Assembly (NCBI GenBank): GCA_965602015.1 | Contig: OZ271918.1 | Location: forward strand, 192,001 to 256,000 | Length of the DNA: 64,000 bases | Source of the DNA: Salinispira sp. | GTDB lineage: Bacteria > Spirochaetota > Spirochaetia > DSM-27196 > Salinispiraceae | Direction: 5' to 3' | In this document: positions 59,168 through 64,000 of the stretch, in pieces | Layout: the number at the start of each line of letters is the position of its first letter | Numbering within the stretch: position 1 is the stretch's first letter | Made by a program: the position numbers and the translations under genes | Notes under the pieces: generated by a model | Seen by the model: the letters and a program-made list of their open reading frames with translations, nothing else | Told to the model about the DNA's origin: nothing | Databases searched by the model: none

Positions 59168-60067
59168 TTACTGTATTAACCGCCGGATTAGGTGATCGTT
59201 ACGGCGCCATTTCGGATTGGTTTTTACCCTCAGGTCCAGATGTACCCGGTACGGAAAAACCCGTCCGATTTCTTTCTGGCTTTCCACCCTGATGGCCTTT
59301 ATGCCGGCACCGCCCTGTCCGACCACCATGCCTACCTGGCTCTTGCTCTCGACGCACACTGATGCCCGAATCCAGAGCTGATCGGCCTTTCCCGTTTCCC
59401 CGCCTTCCGCCGGTTTGATCTCCAGGTCGTGAATTTCCACATATATAGCGTGGGGCAGCTCCTGCCTTGCCCGGAGCATCGCCCGTTCCCGGATGATTTC
59501 AGCGATGCGGAATTCCGGCTCCTGATCTGTGTAATATTCTTCGGGGTACATGGGCTCGCCCTCGGGGGCCAGGGCGAATACCGAATCTACCAGCGCCTGC
59601 CTGCCTTCGCCGGTCGCTGCGGAGATACGATGTATCGATGCGAAATCTTTTTCCGACTGCACTAGAATTTGCTTTTCAAGGGCGTCTGGAGAGGCGAGGT
59701 CGCATTTGTTGAAAACGAGAACGACCGGAACCGCCTGACGGGAGAGGATGCCCAGGAGTTCCAGTTCTTCAGCGCCGATATCCCGGGATGCGTCGATGAT
59801 GTACAGCACCAGGTCGCAGTCTTCAAGGCTTTCGGTGACCAGGCTCATCAGCTGCTGGTTGAACTTTTTTACCGAATGGTGGAAGCCCGGGGTGTCGAGA
59901 AAAACGATTTGCCCGGCATCATCGTTGAGAATACCCCTGATCCGGTTTCTTGTGGTCTGGGGGACCGGAGTAACGATGGAGATTTTTTCTCCGCAGAGAA
60001 GATTCATCAGGGTTGATTTTCCCGCCGAGGGTCGGCCGACGATTGCCGTCATTGCGCTTTTTTTCAT
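59168..60067 (-). CDS. era: GTPase Era
   Basis: GRPSAGKST, QTTR, DTPG, NKCD, KH-like C-terminal domain. Confidence 0.95.
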   Translation of the reverse strand: MKKSAMTAIVGRPSAGKSTLMNLLCGEKISIVTPVPQTTRNRIRGILNDDAGQIVFLDTPGFHHSVKKFNQQLMSLVTESLEDCDLVLYIIDASRDIGAEELELLGILSRQAVPVVLVFNKCDLASPDALEKQILVQSEKDFASIHRISAATGEGRQALVDSVFALAPEGEPMYPEEYYTDQEPEFRIAEIIRERAMLRARQELPHAIYVEIHDLEIKPAEGGETGKADQLWIRASVCVESKSQVGMVVGQGGAGIKAIRVESQKEIGRVFPYRVHLDLRVKTNPKWRRNDHLIRRLIQ

Positions 60068-60169
60068 GCTTTAATCATAGCAGAATTGCAGTGTATAATA
60101 TGGCCGCGACGGGGACATTTTCACTATATTAAGCGGACTCATCCAAAAACGACAAACATGGAGAACACA

Positions 60170-60775
60170 ATGAATGTATATTCGGGGATTCGGCTCGAAG
60201 ATGAAAAGGACGGCGGAGAAAACAAGGAATCTGAAAACCTCATCGGAAAAATGATGAAGACCCGCTCAATTTTACTGAGCGGTGAAGTAAACAAAGATCT
60301 CGCCGAGCGGGTTATCCGCAGCCTTCTGATTCTTGAAGCGAACGGGGACGATCCCATAAAAGTATTTATCGATTCACCCGGGGGAGACGTCGACGCGGGG
60401 TACGCGATCTTCGACATGATCCGCTTCGTAAAACCCCAGGTCTACACTATCGGAATGGGTCTGGTGGCCAGCGCCGGCGCCCTTATTCTTCTTGCGGCTC
60501 ACAAGGACCGCAGGGTCGGCCTTCCAAACAGCCACTATCTCATTCATCAGCCCCTGAGCGGAATGCGGGGGGTGGCAACCGACATCGAAATACATGCCAG
60601 GGAGCTTGAAAAAACCAAGGCGAAAATCAACAGGCTCATTGCCGAGGAAACCGGAAAGGATCTCGAGCAGATTGAAAAGGATACCGACAGGGATTATTGG
60701 CTGAATGCCGAGGAAAGTCTGGACTACGGGCTGATTTCGAAGGTTGTGGCAAACCGGATGGAACTCGACGCGTGA
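60170..60775 (+). CDS. clpP: ATP-dependent Clp protease proteolytic subunit
   Basis: IDSPGG, GLVASAG (catalytic Ser), IHQP, DRDYW. Confidence 0.92.
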   Translation: MNVYSGIRLEDEKDGGENKESENLIGKMMKTRSILLSGEVNKDLAERVIRSLLILEANGDDPIKVFIDSPGGDVDAGYAIFDMIRFVKPQVYTIGMGLVASAGALILLAAHKDRRVGLPNSHYLIHQPLSGMRGVATDIEIHARELEKTKAKINRLIAEETGKDLEQIEKDTDRDYWLNAEESLDYGLISKVVANRMELDA

Positions 60776-61782
60776 CCAGGGAGGAAATCCCCTCGCTGGA
60801 AACCCGGGTATTTCCCGGCTTTGCTCCGCCGGGTCAGAGGCTGAGCCACGGCATTCCCGCCCTTGACCTGCCAAATGACGCAGCTTCCCGCATTGCCGGG
60901 GGCGAAATAAGCCTCTACCGCGGAAAGGTCCGTGACAGTTTTACAACTTCCCGGGGCATCCTCATGGTAACCACCGACCGGATCAGCGCCTTTGACCGCA
61001 TACTGGACGTCATACCCGCTAAGGGCGAAATTCTCAACCGCATCTCGCTCTATTGGTTCGGGCAGACCGAGGATATCATAGAAAGCCACATCCTCGAAGC
61101 TCCCGGCGGCCGCAGCGTCTTTGTTAAACCCGCCGCGGTCCTGCCCGTAGAGGTCGTTGTCCGCGGTTATCTCACCGGTTCGGCATGGCGGGATTACCAG
61201 TCCGGCCGGCGGATTTCAGGCATCGGCCTACCATCGGGCATGAGAGAAAATCAGCGTTTCGATGAACCTCTCATAACACCGTCGACCAAGGCAGCCGTCG
61301 GCACCCACGATGAACCAATATCCTCCGAGGAAATACTGGCCCGCGGCCTGGTCAGTCCCGACATCTGGGGCCAGGTGGTCACGACCGCAACTGCATTATT
61401 TGCCCGGGGCCGTGAGCTCGCGGAAAAACGCGGACTGCTCCTGGTAGATACCAAGTACGAGTTCGGTATTTTTGAAGACCGGCTCATCCTGGTTGATGAA
61501 ATACACACCCCCGACAGTTCCCGTTACTGGTTGGCTGACAGCTACGACGAGGCCTTCTCAACCGGACAGCCTCCGGCAAAACTGGACAAGGAGTACCTTC
61601 GGCGCTGGCTGATGGAGCAGGGCTTTATGGGCGACGGCCAGGCTCCGGAAATTCCCCCGGAGGTACGCCGGGAGCTCGCATGGAAGTATATCCAGGCCTT
61701 TGAAATGATCACTGGTGAAAAATTCTCCCCCGTATTTTCAGATATTGAATCAGAACTGGAAGTAATAGGGTCTTACCTGTAG
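60772..61782 (+). CDS. purC: Phosphoribosylaminoimidazole-succinocarboxamide synthase
   Basis: YRGKVRD, TDRISAFD, VRGYLTGS, DTKYEFG, DEIHTPDSSR; GTG start overlaps the clpP stop. Confidence 0.93.
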   Translation: MTREEIPSLETRVFPGFAPPGQRLSHGIPALDLPNDAASRIAGGEISLYRGKVRDSFTTSRGILMVTTDRISAFDRILDVIPAKGEILNRISLYWFGQTEDIIESHILEAPGGRSVFVKPAAVLPVEVVVRGYLTGSAWRDYQSGRRISGIGLPSGMRENQRFDEPLITPSTKAAVGTHDEPISSEEILARGLVSPDIWGQVVTTATALFARGRELAEKRGLLLVDTKYEFGIFEDRLILVDEIHTPDSSRYWLADSYDEAFSTGQPPAKLDKEYLRRWLMEQGFMGDGQAPEIPPEVRRELAWKYIQAFEMITGEKFSPVFSDIESELEVIGSYL

Positions 61783-61822
61783 CGACCCTTCCCGGCACTG
61801 TAGAAGGGTCGGGGAGGCAGCT

Positions 61823-62956
61823 GTGATTATCAGGTCGTACCAAAGAATCCCAAGTAATCCATACCCTCAATTGTTGCGCCCGATTTTTCTCTGGGGGTTC
61901 GCTCTGTTTGCCTGCATGGCATGTGCATGCTCCAATCCCCTGGCTGATACAGACCAAGCGGTCAGAATCTTCAGCTATAATGCCCAGACCCTCTTCGATG
62001 ATGTGCTGCAGGGGAATGAGTTCCCCGAGTTTCGTCCTTCGCTGGATGGTTGGGGCAGCAGGGAGTACCATGGCCGTCTCCGCAACCTGGCACGGGTAAT
62101 CAGGGAGAGCTGCCCGGGTGGGCCGGACATCGTTGTCCTGCAGGAAATCGAAAATCTGTCCGTATTGCAGGATCTGCGCCGGTATTTCCTTCGGGGCCTG
62201 GGCTACCATGATCTGGCTGCGGGAGCCAGCAAAAGTGCATCCATGGGAATCGGTGTGCTCAGCCGGCACCCCATATCTTCGAGCAGACTGGTATCTGCGG
62301 TTCATCCGGATACCTCGCTCAGGCCGGCTCTTGAACTGGAAATCCGCCTCGGGGAAAACCGGGAGTTGCGATTGTTTGCAGTTCATTGGAAAAGTAAGCG
62401 GGGAGACTCGGAAGAAGAGACCGAGCCGCTGCGTCTGCTTCAAGCCCATAGCCTCATCAGTCGCATAGAGGCGCTCAAGGCGCAGGGAGACAGCCTGCCG
62501 CTTATCATCGCCGGGGACTTCAATGAGACGCTTCAGGATTTTTCCGGCCGGGAATCCCTGCGCTATGCTACCGCCACAGTATTACTTGAGGAATATGGGC
62601 AATGGAGAGATTCGCCGGGCAGCGATGGTTTGAAACCGGTGGTGGTCAGCATCGCCCCCGATCCGTCCACGCTTGTAATGCATGCAATCGACCTCCCGGG
62701 CTTTCTGCTTCCCCTTGAAAATTTGTCGGAGGAGTCAGTCCCCTCGGGGAGCTACCACTACGACGGCAGCTGGGAGCTCATAGATCAAATACTCATCAGT
62801 CCGTCTATGCTTGATACATGTTTTAGCTCCGCACGGTTTTTTATCGTTTCCAACCCATGCCTGGTGGACAGCGGGGGAAGGCCGCGCCGCTGGAGTCCCG
62901 GCCGCAGCGGAGGGTTTTCTGATCATTTGCCGGTATTGCTGGAACTTTTTCCCTAG
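61823..62956 (+). CDS. Endonuclease/exonuclease/phosphatase family protein, probably exported
   Basis: SYN...LFD, LQEIEN, HWKS, AGDFN, IDQI, SDHLP; start uncertain. Confidence 0.85.
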   Translation: MIIRSYQRIPSNPYPQLLRPIFLWGFALFACMACACSNPLADTDQAVRIFSYNAQTLFDDVLQGNEFPEFRPSLDGWGSREYHGRLRNLARVIRESCPGGPDIVVLQEIENLSVLQDLRRYFLRGLGYHDLAAGASKSASMGIGVLSRHPISSSRLVSAVHPDTSLRPALELEIRLGENRELRLFAVHWKSKRGDSEEETEPLRLLQAHSLISRIEALKAQGDSLPLIIAGDFNETLQDFSGRESLRYATATVLLEEYGQWRDSPGSDGLKPVVVSIAPDPSTLVMHAIDLPGFLLPLENLSEESVPSGSYHYDGSWELIDQILISPSMLDTCFSSARFFIVSNPCLVDSGGRPRRWSPGRSGGFSDHLPVLLELFP

Positions 62957-63057
62957 CGAACCTATACTATGGAATAACTGCCGGACGACGGGCCGGCGAC
63001 CCCCTCAATACTGCCGGGTGTAGAGACCGGCTGGAAAATGAGTAAACGGGGTATATC

Positions 63058-63624
63058 ATGTCCGATACTTCCAGCACACAAACCGCAGGAATAAAAAATT
63101 CCTATCCATCTGAAAAGGCCCTCATTGCAGTCAGCGACGTTTTGGCCTTTACCCGGCTGGCCGGGAGCGCTACGCCCGATGAGCTCGGGCGCTTCCTCAG
63201 CTTCCTCGCAAACCATCACAGCCGATGGCTTGAAGGCAGCAGCGGTGAAATTATCAAGTTTATCGGCGATGCCTGCCTGATGGTCTTTCCCGCTGACGAC
63301 GCCGACAAGGGAATCAACATTCTCAAAGAAATGAGGGAGTCATTTGTCGTCGAGACCCGGCGTCAGTTCGATCATAGCTGGCTCGGCATGACGGTTCAGG
63401 CCCATGTCGGATTGATTTATCGGGTGGCCATGCCCCCTGAAATGCGTTCGGATATTTTCGGCATAGATGTTAATACGGCCTTCAGGCTGGGTGCCGAAGG
63501 GGGCAACTACGCCAGACCCAAAGGCGGGGAAATCATTCTTTCGCCCCAGGCGTTCCGGAGTCTGGAACCCGCAAGCCGCAAAGCCTTCAGGAAATATACC
63601 CCGCCAATGTATTATCGGGGGTAA
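63058..63624 (+). CDS. Stand-alone class III nucleotidyl (adenylate/guanylate) cyclase domain protein
   Basis: SD..AFT, IKFIGDA, DIFG.DVN.AFRL. Confidence 0.75.
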   Translation: MSDTSSTQTAGIKNSYPSEKALIAVSDVLAFTRLAGSATPDELGRFLSFLANHHSRWLEGSSGEIIKFIGDACLMVFPADDADKGINILKEMRESFVVETRRQFDHSWLGMTVQAHVGLIYRVAMPPEMRSDIFGIDVNTAFRLGAEGGNYARPKGGEIILSPQAFRSLEPASRKAFRKYTPPMYYRG

Positions 63625-63694
63625 AGGGCCCGGGGCCGGTCAAACCAGACAAGGCAGAGATTCGGGGAGCCGCCGCCGAGAGCGGCTTGCCGGA

Positions 63695-64000
63695 TTACCT
63701 GCGCCAGATCCCGATTTCTATTAACCGGCTTTCGGCCTGCTCCGCCCATCCCCGGTTTGCCGCCGGGCTGGCGGGGCTCGGGTGGAGAATGCTGTACACC
63801 GGAATATCCAGCTTGCCCATGCGGGCCACGGCGCTCAGTCGTTTTTCCGCGAACTTCCCCACGCCGATCAGGGTTTTTGGCTTGAGCGCCCGGATTTGTT
63901 TCACGAGGGCGCCGTCGCACAGGCTGAGAACGCTGTTCTGCTCTGAGGCGGGAAGCTTGTCGGGGGTGCGGTTTCTCCCGCCCTCCTCCATAAAGACAAG
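63695..64000 (-). CDS. SMUG1-type uracil-DNA glycosylase (5'-truncated by window edge)
   Basis: F.EE.GRN.TPDKL, IGVG.FAE, LHPSPASPAANRGW. Confidence 0.85.
   Translation of the reverse strand, partial: LVFMEEGGRNRTPDKLPASEQNSVLSLCDGALVKQIRALKPKTLIGVGKFAEKRLSAVARMGKLDIPVYSILHPSPASPAANRGWAEQAESRLIEIGIWRR

Noticed and set aside
1..64000. tRNA, rRNA or prophage genes
   Set aside because: None recognised by eye; tRNAscan-SE/Infernal would be needed to exclude small RNAs.

Overview
A 64 kb, moderately GC-rich bacterial chromosomal window. It most likely comes from a free-living spirochaete (class I LysRS, spirochaete-style lipoprotein signals); this is inference. Most genes are housekeeping or metabolic: fabF, D-lactate dehydrogenase plus lactate permease, the AmmeMemoRadiSam trio, a TCA cluster (sdhA-sdhB-sucC-sucD-sucA-sucB-lpdA-gltA, fumC), trkAH, lysS, rpiA, rubrerythrin, era, clpP and purC. 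Four things stand out. (1) Two adjacent genes (11890-14326) look like reciprocally swapped halves of an acyl-CoA synthetase and a lipoate-protein-ligase-like fold, placed behind a sodium:solute symporter. (2) An IS1111-type (IS110 family) element has a 3' non-coding region that folds into a bridge/seekRNA-like structure, and its loops match both the element's own ends and its target. (3) That target is a 20-bp intergenic repeat, GTGCCCC(C/G)AAAACAGCTGAT, present 10 times; it forms ~145-bp REPIN/MITE-like units and brackets gene modules in inverted pairs. (4) Many genes have a -10 box 6-7 nt before the ATG, which suggests leaderless transcripts. All calls come from reading motifs by eye; no database searches were run.
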